Assembly: GCA_963755195.1 (NCBI GenBank)
Contig: CAVWIZ010000006.1
Location: forward strand, 193,731-257,730
Source of the DNA: an uncultured Acidobacteriota bacterium
GTDB lineage: Bacteria > Acidobacteriota > Vicinamibacteria > Vicinamibacterales > CAVVIG01
DNA length: 64,000 nucleotides
Reading direction: 5' to 3'
Positions 25,098 to 36,723 of the stretch are shown piece by piece. The notes beneath the pieces are model-generated. The model was not told the DNA's origin. It did no database searches and saw only the letters and a list, made by a program, of their open reading frames with translations. The position numbers were made by a program, and so were the translations under genes. Numbering within the stretch: the stretch's first letter is position 1; every line of letters starts with the position of its first letter.

Positions 25098-25210
25098 AAG
25101 AGGTTCAAGAGGTTCAAGAGGTTCAACGGTTCAAGAAGTTCAAGAGGTTCGCATGGTTCGAGAGGTTCGACAACAGGTTCGACAACCTGAGAGGCGCCCG
25201 CGAACCTCTT
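25098..25210. repeat. tandem 9-bp array (AAGAGGTTC)n plus one inverted copy, filling the rpsO-pnp intergenic region
   Basis: Units start at 25098, 25107, 25116 (perfect AAGAGGTTC), 25125 (AACGGTTC), 25133 (AAGAAGTTC), 25142 (perfect), 25151, 25160 and 25169 (degenerate). An inverted copy CGAACCTCTT at 25201-25210 is complementary to AAGAGGTTCG at 25142-25151. The array abuts the pnp start codon (25095-25097). Confidence 0.9.
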
Positions 25211-25217
25211 GCACCAT

Positions 25218-25487
25218 TTACTTTCTGATGTTGAGGCGCTTGATCAGATCCGCGTAGCGCTGCGCGTCCTTCGTCTTCAGGTAGTCGAGCAGGCGGCGCC
25301 GGCGTCCGACCAGCATCAGCAGCCCGCGCCGGGAATGATGATCCTTCGCGTGGGCCTTGAAATGTTCGGTCAGGTAGTTGATGCGCTCGCTGAGAATGGC
25401 GACCTGGACTTCCGGAGAGCCCGTGTCGGCGTCGTGCGTCTTGTAGCTGCCAATCAACTCGGTCTTGCGATCTTTCGTCAACGCCAC
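25218..25487 (-). CDS. rpsO: 30S ribosomal protein S15
   Basis: 89-aa intact ORF (GTG start, GGAGGA 8 nt upstream). [70 protein letters not shown] is canonical S15. Confidence 0.95.
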   Translation of the reverse strand: MALTKDRKTELIGSYKTHDADTGSPEVQVAILSERINYLTEHFKAHAKDHHSRRGLLMLVGRRRRLLDYLKTKDAQRYADLIKRLNIRK

Positions 25488-25588
25488 CTTGGTGGTCCTC
25501 CACGAACGGCCCAGTCACGATGCCAAGGAGGCAGCGAACCAGCCCGCCGTATGTGCCGAAAATCCGTTACTCGAACAAGCTCAACATT

Positions 25589-26533
25589 TTACACCAGGAC
25601 AACCGACGGATGCAAAAGACCAGGCGTGGCGGTTGGCTCGGCCATGCCTATCAGCTGTCCGCGTTGGTCCACCAATCGAATCGGGCCGGTTGCCGGTAAG
25701 GGCCCCGTCGCGACATGGACTGATCGATGCCGATGTCCCGGCCGTGCGTGGCGCGCTCGACGCCCTCGTCGGTCAGCACGACCGACGCCAGGTTCGACAG
25801 CATGCGGTCGAGCGGTACGACTGCGGCAATGGCCACGTCGGGCCTCCGTTCGGCCACCTCGAGCGGCAGCGCGTCGGCGAGCGTCAGACCCGCGCTGGCC
25901 GTGCGCCGCAAGACGGCCAGATGCCCGCCGACGCCCAGCCGTGCGCCGAGGTCGTGCGCGAGCGAGCGCACGTAGAACCCCGCCGAACACTCGACGCGAA
26001 GCGTGACGCCGTCCGCGACGACGTCCAGGATGTCGATGCGATGGACCGTCACGCGGACAGGGGCGGGGAGGGCAAACACAGGGGCAGGACGAGCAGGAAG
26101 GGCGGGAATCCCGGGATGCGATGAGCGGCTTGCGCGAGCTGCTTTGTAGCTACGGCGCCCGCCAATCTTCTTGGCGGAAAACGCCGGCGGCTGCTGTTCG
26201 AATGTCCCCGGAAGGCGTCGAGCGCCGATTCGATCTCGTCGCGCGTCGGCGCGCGGCCCTTGGAGTGCTCGCCGACCGGTTGGCCGGCGGCGTCGTACGT
26301 GTCCGTGGCCACGCCGAATCGGACCAGCGCTTCGTACTGCTTGCTCGCCTGCGCTCAGGAAGCGAGCGAGCCTCGTCGCCCGTCCCAGCACCAGCGGGCA
26401 GCACGCCGCTGGCGGCTGGGTCGAGCGTTCCTGTGTGGCCGATCCGCCGCTCGCCGAGCACGCGCCGCACCCGCGCCACGACATCGTGGCTCGTGGGCCC
26501 GGCCGGCTTGTCGATGACTAAGAGGCCGTCCAC
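25589..26533 (-). pseudogene. truB: tRNA pseudouridine(55) synthase TruB, multiply frameshifted
   Basis: N-terminus [46 protein letters not shown] (catalytic Asp motif) in ORF 26150..26533. Then [15 protein letters not shown]...[14 protein letters not shown] (ORF 26049..26312), [19 protein letters not shown] and ECSAGFYVRSLAHDLG (ORF 25651..26484). The C-terminus LIGMAEPTATPGLLHPSVVLV ends at 25589 in a further frame. At least 4 frame changes. Confidence 0.85.
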
Positions 26534-27507
26534 TCGATGGCGCGCTCGACTTTCTCCACAAACAGATTTCTGCGAGCGCGTCGATGGAGTCCGGTGGCCG
26601 TGCAGCCTGCCGCGTTCTTGTGGCCGCCGCCGCCAAACGTTTTCGCGACCGCACCGATGTCGACGTCGCCCTTCGACCGCATGCTGACGCGGTACTCTTC
26701 GCCCTCGATGTGCTTGAAGAACACAACTGCCTGAATCTCCTTGACCGTGAGGGGCTGGTTGATCAGTCCATCGGTGTCGTCATAGGTGGCGCCGGCGGCC
26801 CGAGCCATCTCGTGGTCGAGGTGCAGGACGGCAATTCGGCCGGTCGCATCGAGCTGCATCGCGTTCAGCGCCGCCCCGAACAGCTTCAGCCGACCCAACG
26901 TGCTGCTGTCGAAGACATTCCGCGCCACCTGCACCGGTTCGACGCCAGCTTCGAGCGTCTGCCTGCAGATGTCGAACGTCCGTGGCGAGATGCCGGAATA
27001 GTGAAACGCCCCCGTGTCGGTGAGAATCGCCAGGTACACATGCGTCGCCATCTCGACCGACAAGGGGACGCCGAGCGCGCCAATCACGTCGAAGACCATT
27101 TCGCCGCACGCGGCGGCAGACGGATCGAACCAGTTGATGTCCCCGTAGCCCGTGTTGCCTGGATGATGGTCGATGTTGATGACGAACGCGCGATCGAGTC
27201 CGGTGACGCCTGTTCTCGTCAGGTCGCCGCACTCCATGATGATCGCGGCGTCGAAGTTGCCCCCGGCGTCTCGTGCGATCTCGATATCGCGCACGCCGGG
27301 GAACGCCATCAGCGCGTCCGGTGCGGCGTCCTGATTGACGATGCGGACGTCTTTCCCGAGCGCGCGAAGCGCGTACGCCATCGCCAGCTGCGAGCCGATG
27401 GCGTCGCCGTCGGGCCGCGCATGCGAAGACAGCACGAACCGCCGGCGCGCCCGAACCTCGTCGACGATCCGCGCGACTTCAGCGGCCTTCGCTGCCATCA
27501 GGGTCAT
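26518..27507 (-). CDS. nrnA: DHH/DHHA1 family phosphoesterase (NrnA-like oligoribonuclease / pAp phosphatase)
   Basis: Intact 329-aa ORF with [26 protein letters not shown] and GGGHKNAAG motifs. It sits between rbfA and truB, as in many bacteria. The start could be 27498. Confidence 0.85.
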   Translation of the reverse strand: MTLMAAKAAEVARIVDEVRARRRFVLSSHARPDGDAIGSQLAMAYALRALGKDVRIVNQDAAPDALMAFPGVRDIEIARDAGGNFDAAIIMECGDLTRTGVTGLDRAFVINIDHHPGNTGYGDINWFDPSAAACGEMVFDVIGALGVPLSVEMATHVYLAILTDTGAFHYSGISPRTFDICRQTLEAGVEPVQVARNVFDSSTLGRLKLFGAALNAMQLDATGRIAVLHLDHEMARAAGATYDDTDGLINQPLTVKEIQAVVFFKHIEGEEYRVSMRSKGDVDIGAVAKTFGGGGHKNAAGCTATGLHRRARRNLFVEKVERAIEWTAS

Positions 27508-27868
27508 CGCCAGGGGGAAGAGGGTTGGCGCGGATCTCGTTCAGGAGTTGTTCGATCCGGTCCTGGCCCGCGATCGACTCGTCGTATTGAAACTTCAGCT
27601 CGGGCACGCGCTTGACGTGCAGCCGCGCCCCGATCTGCCGGCGCAGAAACGGCGTCGCACGCTCCAGGGCGCGTTCGCAGTCACGGCGCGCTTTCTCGTC
27701 GCCCAGCACGGTGTAAAACACGCGCGCCTGCTGGATGTCGGCGCTCAGCTGCACGCGCGTCAGCGTGACGAATCCGATGCCCGGATCGTGGACTTCGCGC
27801 GTCAGGAGCAGGCCGAGCTCGGTGCGAATCTGGTCGGCGACACGATCGGCACGGGAGCCTTGGGACAT
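27479..27868 (-). CDS. rbfA: 30S ribosome-binding factor RbfA
   Basis: Intact 129-aa ORF. RADRVADQIRTELGLLLTREVHDPGIGFVTLTRVQLSADIQQARVFYTV...LERATPFLRRQIGARLHVKRVPELKF is typical RbfA. It lies downstream of infB. Confidence 0.9.
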   Translation of the reverse strand: MSQGSRADRVADQIRTELGLLLTREVHDPGIGFVTLTRVQLSADIQQARVFYTVLGDEKARRDCERALERATPFLRRQIGARLHVKRVPELKFQYDESIAGQDRIEQLLNEIRANPLPPGDDPDGSEGR

Positions 27869-27874
27869 GACAGC

Positions 27875-27991
27875 GGGTTCAGGGTTCAGGGTTCAGGGTT
27901 CACGGTTCACCGTTCGCGGTTCGGCGTTCAAACTTCAGGCTCTCCGTAGAACCTTGAACCTTGAACCTTGAACCCTGAACCGTGAACCCGG
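27875..27991. repeat. heptamer tandem array (GGGTTCA)n with an inverted arm, forming a long imperfect palindrome that fills the infB-rbfA intergenic region
   Basis: There are nine direct 7-mers from 27875 (4x GGGTTCA, then CGGTTCA, CCGTTCG, CGGTTCG, GCGTTCA, AACTTCA). A 12-nt spacer GGCTCTCCGTAG follows, then six inverted 7-mers (3x AACCTTG, AACCCTG, AACCGTG, AACCCGG) that end at the infB stop codon (27992). Confidence 0.9.
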
Positions 27992-30808
<2,817 letters not shown>

Positions 30809-30826
30809 CGATTACCTCAAACGGAC

Positions 30827-32263
30827 CTAAGCGTCCGCGCTACTGCCTGCATCGGCTGGCGCGTCGCCGCGAGCGGCGGCCAGAATCTTTCCGGCGGTTT
30901 TTTCGCCGATGCCGGGCACCTCGGACAGTTGTTCGACGCTTGCCCCGGCGACGCTTTCGAGCGAGTTGAAGCCGGCTTCGACGAGCTTGCGTACGGTCTT
31001 CTCGCCGATGCCCGCCAGGGCGTACGGCAGCGGCGTGCTGCTCTCGACTTCGGCCTCGCCCGCAGCCTCTTTCACGGCGGCCGCGTCGCCCGCGTCGGCT
31101 GCGACGCTCATGCCTTCAGAGGCTCCGGCATCCTCGGCCGCGCCGTCCTGGGCCGTCTCCGCCCCCACTTCGAGGCCTTCGAACTGCGCCTCGACCTCGC
31201 GCCGTTTTTCCTCCTCGCTCTTGATGTCGATCCGCCAGCCGGTGAGCTTCGCGGCCAGCCGGACGTTCTGACCCTTCTTGCCAATCGCGAGCGACAACTG
31301 CTTGTCCTCGACGACGACTTCCATCACGTGCTCGCGATCGTCGACCACCTGCACGCGCTGTGTCTTGGCCGGGCTGAGGGCGTTGGTCACGAACGCGATG
31401 GGGTCCTCGGACCATTCGACGATGTCGATCTTCTCGCCGCGCAGCTCGCGGATGATCGATTGCACGCGCGTGCCCTTCATGCCGACGCAGGCTCCCACGG
31501 GATCGACGTCGCGCTCGCGTGAAAACACCGCCACCTTGGCGCGATCGCCGGCCTCGCGGACGGCGCCGCGAATGACGACGGTCCCGTCGTAGATCTCCGG
31601 CACTTCCTGCTCGAACAGCTTGATGAGGAGCGCCGGGTCCGTGCGCGACAGCACGATCTGCGGACCCTTCGCGCTCCGGTTCACGCCTTTGATCACGCTG
31701 CGCACGCGGTCGCCCGGCGTGTAGCTTTCCGCGCGCGACTGCTCTTTGCGGGGCAGCACGGCTTCGATGCGCCCGACTTCCAGGATGATGTCGCCGTTCT
31801 CGAACCGCTTGATCGTCCCGTTGACGACATCGCCGACGCGCTGGTTGTACTCGGCGAAGATGTTTTCGCGCTCCGCCTCGCGGACCTTCTGGAAGATCAC
31901 CTGCTTGGCGGTCTGGGCCGCGATGCGGCCGAGCACCTCCGTCGGCTTGGGGAATTCCATCTCGTCGCCGAGCTCGATGCCGTCGGCGACCTCGTCGCCG
32001 TACAGCTCGCGGTACATCTGCCGCGCCTCGTCGATTGAGATCTCGACGGCGGCGTTGGTGACGTCCTGCACGACCAGCTTGAGCGCGAAGAGATCGACCT
32101 GGCCGGTTTCGATATTGAAGCGCGTCTTGAGGTTCTCGCCCGTCTTGTAGTACTTGCGCGACGCCGTCGCCACGGCTTCTTCAATGGCGCTGATCACCAC
32201 ATCGGGCTCGATGCCCTTTTCCTTGGCCAGCGCCTCGATCGTCTGCTGCAGAGGATTCGACAT
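30827..32263 (-). CDS. nusA: transcription termination/antitermination factor NusA
   Basis: Intact 478-aa ORF with the N-terminal domain, S1 (GDVVNGTIKRFENGDIILEVG), two KH domains (VGACVGMKGTRVQSI, LAIGKKGQNVRLAAKLTGW) and a C-terminal acidic/HhH region. Confidence 0.95.
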   Translation of the reverse strand: MSNPLQQTIEALAKEKGIEPDVVISAIEEAVATASRKYYKTGENLKTRFNIETGQVDLFALKLVVQDVTNAAVEISIDEARQMYRELYGDEVADGIELGDEMEFPKPTEVLGRIAAQTAKQVIFQKVREAERENIFAEYNQRVGDVVNGTIKRFENGDIILEVGRIEAVLPRKEQSRAESYTPGDRVRSVIKGVNRSAKGPQIVLSRTDPALLIKLFEQEVPEIYDGTVVIRGAVREAGDRAKVAVFSRERDVDPVGACVGMKGTRVQSIIRELRGEKIDIVEWSEDPIAFVTNALSPAKTQRVQVVDDREHVMEVVVEDKQLSLAIGKKGQNVRLAAKLTGWRIDIKSEEEKRREVEAQFEGLEVGAETAQDGAAEDAGASEGMSVAADAGDAAAVKEAAGEAEVESSTPLPYALAGIGEKTVRKLVEAGFNSLESVAGASVEQLSEVPGIGEKTAGKILAAARGDAPADAGSSADA

Positions 32264-32266
32264 TGT

Positions 32267-32761
32267 TTAGAATTCCACTTCCAGATTCGCCCGCGTGATC
32301 ACGCCGAGTGGCACACGATGCGTGCGCCGATCGTCCCCTTCGATGAGCACGCAAAGCACCTCGCCGTCTTCGAGCCCGCCCAGCCGGCCCTTGAAGTAGG
32401 TCTGCCCATCCACCGCCTGGCGCATCACCAGTTTCGCGCGCCGTCCCGCGAACCGCCGGTAGTCGTCGGCGCGCGTCAGCGGCCGATCGAGCCCCGGAGA
32501 CGACACTTCCAAGGTGTACGCCGTCGGCACCACATCGTCGACGTCGAGAATCGCGCTCAGGTCGCGGCTCACGCGCGCGCAATCCCCGACGCTGACGCAC
32601 TCCTCGGCGGTGGCCGCCGGCCCGGGCCGGTCGATCAGGATCCGCAACACCATTCCGCCGCCTTCCCGCCGGAACTGGACGTCGAAGATCTCCAGGCCAT
32701 ACGAGCCCGCCACGCGGCTCGCAATCGCACGCACCTGGCCCACCACATCTGCGGCCGCCAT
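32267..32761 (-). CDS. rimP: ribosome maturation factor RimP
   Basis: Intact 164-aa ORF ending 3 nt before the nusA start. GLEIFDVQFRREGGGMVLRILIDRP..., YTLEVSSPGLDRPL. Confidence 0.9.
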   Translation of the reverse strand: MAAADVVGQVRAIASRVAGSYGLEIFDVQFRREGGGMVLRILIDRPGPAATAEECVSVGDCARVSRDLSAILDVDDVVPTAYTLEVSSPGLDRPLTRADDYRRFAGRRAKLVMRQAVDGQTYFKGRLGGLEDGEVLCVLIEGDDRRTHRVPLGVITRANLEVEF

Positions 32762-32778
32762 GAAGCTGGCCCTTAAAC

Positions 32779-32803
32779 AAAAAAAGTGGGCAAACGCCCA
32801 CTT
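32779..32803 (-). terminator. intrinsic terminator between rimO and rimP (possible leader attenuator)
   Basis: The minus strand reads AAGTGGGC-GTTT-GCCCACTT followed by a run of T (7 A on the plus strand at 32779-32785). It is 31 nt after the rimO stop, and its T-tract ends 17 nt before the rimP ATG. Confidence 0.75.
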
Positions 32804-32833
32804 CGGTCCTACACCCAGGGTCCGAATCCAAAA

Positions 32834-34219
32834 TTATAGCACGGGCCGACCGATCAAATCGTAGTCCCTGGCGCCGACAATTTCGACGTCGGCAAAGTCC
32901 CCCGGGTGATAGGTCGAGGGGTCGCACTCGGTCAGGTACACCGCGGCGTCGATATCGGGCGCCTGGCTGGCCAGGCGCGCTTTCAGCACCAGTTCGTGCT
33001 CGCCGGACGGGCCGTCGATGAGCACCCGGGCCCTTTCGCCGACACGGCGGCGCTGGCGCTGGCGCACGCCGCGTTTCTGCAGACTCATCACCCGGCGCCT
33101 CCGCGACGCCTTTTCCTGCGCCGGCACGTCGTTGTCGAGCGCGTACGCCGAGGTGCCTTCTTCGTGCGAATAGGTGAAGACGCCGACGTGGTCGAACGCC
33201 TGCGCGCCGACGAAGGAGGTCAGTTCCTCGACGTCCGCCTCGGTCTCGCCGGGGAACCCCACGATGAACGTCGTCCGGAGCGCGACGCCGGGCACGCGGG
33301 TGCGAATGCGGTCGAGCAGCGTGTCATACGTCTGGCGCGTCCCCGGCCGCTTCATGCGTTTGAGCACGGGGTTCGACGCGTGCTGCAGCGGCAGGTCGAT
33401 GTACTTGCACACCTTGTCGCACTCGGCCATGGCGGCCAGCGTGTCGTCGTCAATCGTCGTCGGATAGAGGTAGAGGAGCCGAATCCACTCGAGGCCCGCG
33501 ACGCCGTTCAGCCGCCGCAGCAGCCGCGCCAGCGCGCCACGCTCCCGGCGATCCACGCCGTAGAACGTCGTGTCCTGCGAGATGAGCAGCACTTCCTTGA
33601 CGCCCCGCGCGGCCAGCGCCTCGGCCTCCCGGACGATGGAATCTTCAGGCCGGCTCCGATAGTGCCCGCGCAGCGTGGGGATGATGCAGAACGCGCACTT
33701 GTAGTCGCAGCCTTCGGCCACCTTCATGTACGCGTAGTGCCGCGGCGTGGCCAGCAAACGCGGCGTGTCGGCGTCGTAGATGTATGAAGGGAGCTCGTGT
33801 CTGGCGGCTCGTGACTCGGCCATGGGCCCGCGATGAAACGTCATCGGCGCCGCGCCGCCGGCGCGCCCGCTGATCGCGCGCACGATGTCGGGAACCTCTC
33901 CCGTACCGAGGACCGCGTCGATTTCCGGAATCTCGCGACCGAGCTCCTCGCGATAGCGCTCGGCCAGGCAGCCGGTGACAATGAGCCGCTTGCAGGATCC
34001 GTTCTTCTTGTGCTCGGCCAGCTCCAGAATCGTATCGATCGATTCCTGTTTCGCAGAGTCGATGAACGCGCACGTGTTGACGACGAGCACGTCGGCGCTC
34101 GCGGCGTCGCTCGTCAGTTCGTGCCCCGCGTCCCGCGCGAGCCCCAGCATCACCTCCGAATCCACGAGGTTCTTCGGGCAGCCCAGCGAAACGAGGCCGA
34201 TCCTCAATCTGTCAGTCAC
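32834..34219 (-). CDS. rimO: ribosomal protein S12 methylthiotransferase RimO
   Basis: Intact 461-aa ORF with an MTTase N-domain (LVSLGCPKNLVDSE), a radical SAM cluster motif (EGCDYKCAFCIIP) and a C-terminal TRAM domain. Confidence 0.9.
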   Translation of the reverse strand: MTDRLRIGLVSLGCPKNLVDSEVMLGLARDAGHELTSDAASADVLVVNTCAFIDSAKQESIDTILELAEHKKNGSCKRLIVTGCLAERYREELGREIPEIDAVLGTGEVPDIVRAISGRAGGAAPMTFHRGPMAESRAARHELPSYIYDADTPRLLATPRHYAYMKVAEGCDYKCAFCIIPTLRGHYRSRPEDSIVREAEALAARGVKEVLLISQDTTFYGVDRRERGALARLLRRLNGVAGLEWIRLLYLYPTTIDDDTLAAMAECDKVCKYIDLPLQHASNPVLKRMKRPGTRQTYDTLLDRIRTRVPGVALRTTFIVGFPGETEADVEELTSFVGAQAFDHVGVFTYSHEEGTSAYALDNDVPAQEKASRRRRVMSLQKRGVRQRQRRRVGERARVLIDGPSGEHELVLKARLASQAPDIDAAVYLTECDPSTYHPGDFADVEIVGARDYDLIGRPVL

Positions 34220-34311
34220 GTGTCCTTAATGATACCTTGCACTCGAATGCAACCCGTATGCGTCTATAATTCACGCAGTCTGCGGCACAGCCACCCGGAG
34301 AGAAGACATAC

Positions 34312-36723
34312 GTGATGGGGCGCCTGGCACGCTTGTTGGGTTTGCTGCTGCTTGCGGCGGCGGGTACCGCTGCGCCGGCCGTGGCCCAAAGCGTTCGAGG
34401 AGTTGTCGTCGATCAGACCGGGCTGCCCCTGCCAGGTGCGACGGTTCAGGTGCGCGACGGTGCGACGGTCGTCGCGACGATCATGACCGGCGACGACGGG
34501 ACCTTCACCATCGACGGCGCCATCGCAGGCGACCTCGTCGTGGCGTCGCTCGACGGATTCGAAGAGGCGCGCCTCCCTCGCGCCGCCGCGACGCGCATTG
34601 TGCTGCTCATTGCACGAGCCACCGAGACAACCACCGTCGTGGCCCCCCTCGAAGGCACGGCTTCTCCGTTGACGCCTCTCCTCGGCGGCCAGTTGACGGC
34701 CAACCAGGTGTCCCGACTGCCATCAACGCAGATGAAGGCCAAAGAATCGCTGCCGCTTCTGCCGGCGATCATCCGCGGCCCTGACGGACTCATGCAACTC
34801 GGCGGCGCGCGTGCGCACGAGACGCCCCTCATGCTCGACGGTTTCAACATCGCCGATCCGGCGACCGGCGTGTCGTCCGTCAACCTGCCGTATGAAGCCG
34901 TCCGAGGCGTTGACTTCCTGCGCGATCCGATGGCCGTGAGCTACGGGAGCCTCCTGGGCGGCCTGGTGCGCATGGACAGCAGGTCAGGCAGCGATCGCCT
35001 GTCGGTGGGCGTTCAGGGATTCATTCCGCGGCCGCGACTGTCTAATCCCGGTTTTGGCCGCCTTGAAGGGATCTTCCCGCGGGTTTATGTGCTTGGATCC
35101 TCGGCCAATCATCGGGTCCGCTACGTCGCCGCCGCCGAGTGGGACTACGAGCGCATTCCGGTGCCGGGCGTGACGGAAGGACGCGGTCCTGACATCGTTC
35201 AGGAGAGCGCCATCATGTTCACGCGGATTGACGCTCAACTGACGCCGCGCAACCTTCTGACATTGGAAGGATTCGCGTTTCCGTCGAGCACGCGGTCGTA
35301 CGGGTTGAGCCCACGGCGGGGTCCGGCGGCGGCACCAGACCTCACGGCGAAAGACTTGTTTGCGGGGCTGACGCACCGATTCGTCGCCACCGATTCGAGC
35401 ATCTTCACCATTCAGCTCGGCGTGCTGATGCACGAAGCGAATCTGACGCCAACGGGCAGCGGACCTTCGTACGCTGCGCCTGCCGGCTGGAGCGGGAATT
35501 GGTTCTCCACCGTCAACCGGACGGCCACGCGCTACAGCGCGACGGCGACCTGGGAACGGATCGCGATGATCCGCCGGCGCAGCCACGACTTCACGATCAG
35601 CGGGGAAGTCGCCTCACGGCAAATGACGGGCCGGATTGCCGAGAGCCCGGTGATCGTCAACGACGTCGAGGGTCGCGTCGTCCGGACCGTCGATTTTGGA
35701 CCGCCTGCGTCGATTGGCGCCAGCGATCGCCCGGTTGGTCTTGCCGTGCGCGATGTGTGGCAGATCACCGATCGCGTCCAGATTGACGCCGGCGCGCGCG
35801 TCGATCACAGCCGACATGGAGGCGGCGCCCCTTCCGGGAGAGCCGGCGTCCGGTATTCCATCGATGCGTCTGGCGCAACCGTCCTCAAGGCCGGCTACGG
35901 CAGCTTTGTCGGAAACCTGCCGCTCGCCGTGCCGGCGTTCGGCGGGTATCCATCGCGGCTCGATCGCTGGTTCGATCCGGTCGGCGGCCAGCTCATGCGC
36001 CAGAAGTTCCAGGTTCCGTCGGTCGGTGAGCTGCGGCTGCCGCGAGCCGTCGCCGCTGTGGTGGCTGTCGAGCGTCAACTTGCGCCACGACTTGATCTCC
36101 AGGTTTCCCTCACGGAACGGCGATCGTCCAGGCTCGCCACGTTCCACGTTCCGGTGGAGACCGGCGGCAGGCTGGCGGTCGAGAGCAATGGATACGGCAG
36201 TTACCGCGAGATTCAGGTGTCGACAAGACGAACCTGGTCCAATGACCAGCAGTTGTTTGTCAGCTACGTGCGTTCCACCGCGATGGGTGAGTTGAACGAT
36301 TTCACCTCGGTGTTCCAGGGTATGGATTCGCCCCTCGTGCAACCCGGCGGGATGGCGCGCCTGGCCACCGACGCCCGCCATCGCGTGCTGGTGTGGGGCA
36401 CGTTCAACCTGCCGGCCCGTGTCGTCGTCTCGCCGGTGACAGAGTGGCACTCCGGATTCCTGTATTCCGCCGTCGACGAGCGATACATCCATCTCGGTGT
36501 GCCGAACTCGCGCGCGTTTCCGGCGTTTGCCTCCACCGACATCGTCGTCTACAAGACGGTCACCGTGAAAAGACGGTCGGCGGACCTGGGCATTCAGCTC
36601 TTCAATCTGACCAATCATGGGAATCCACGCGACGTGTATCCCGTGGTCGGCACGCCGCTGGCGGGGCGGTTTACCAATAGCGTCGGCACGATTCTTCGCG
36701 GTTACATGCTCCTGAAATGGTGA
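34312..36723 (+). CDS. TonB-dependent receptor-like outer membrane protein with N-terminal carboxypeptidase-regulatory-like domain
   Basis: 803-aa ORF. It has a signal peptide, a CarboxypepD_reg-like segment (VRGVVVDQTGLPLPGATVQVRDGATVVATIMTGDDGTFTI) and a plug-like region. A long beta-rich barrel ends in an aromatic residue (...GYMLLKW). Confidence 0.75.
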   Translation: MMGRLARLLGLLLLAAAGTAAPAVAQSVRGVVVDQTGLPLPGATVQVRDGATVVATIMTGDDGTFTIDGAIAGDLVVASLDGFEEARLPRAAATRIVLLIARATETTTVVAPLEGTASPLTPLLGGQLTANQVSRLPSTQMKAKESLPLLPAIIRGPDGLMQLGGARAHETPLMLDGFNIADPATGVSSVNLPYEAVRGVDFLRDPMAVSYGSLLGGLVRMDSRSGSDRLSVGVQGFIPRPRLSNPGFGRLEGIFPRVYVLGSSANHRVRYVAAAEWDYERIPVPGVTEGRGPDIVQESAIMFTRIDAQLTPRNLLTLEGFAFPSSTRSYGLSPRRGPAAAPDLTAKDLFAGLTHRFVATDSSIFTIQLGVLMHEANLTPTGSGPSYAAPAGWSGNWFSTVNRTATRYSATATWERIAMIRRRSHDFTISGEVASRQMTGRIAESPVIVNDVEGRVVRTVDFGPPASIGASDRPVGLAVRDVWQITDRVQIDAGARVDHSRHGGGAPSGRAGVRYSIDASGATVLKAGYGSFVGNLPLAVPAFGGYPSRLDRWFDPVGGQLMRQKFQVPSVGELRLPRAVAAVVAVERQLAPRLDLQVSLTERRSSRLATFHVPVETGGRLAVESNGYGSYREIQVSTRRTWSNDQQLFVSYVRSTAMGELNDFTSVFQGMDSPLVQPGGMARLATDARHRVLVWGTFNLPARVVVSPVTEWHSGFLYSAVDERYIHLGVPNSRAFPAFASTDIVVYKTVTVKRRSADLGIQLFNLTNHGNPRDVYPVVGTPLAGRFTNSVGTILRGYMLLKW

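Noticed and set aside
27875-27991. Could the tandem arrays (here and at 25098-25210 and 15818-15898) be CRISPR arrays?
   Set aside because: The units are 7, 9 or 27 bp and directly abut each other with no unique spacers. No cas genes are present. They are micro- or minisatellites and hairpin repeats, not CRISPR.
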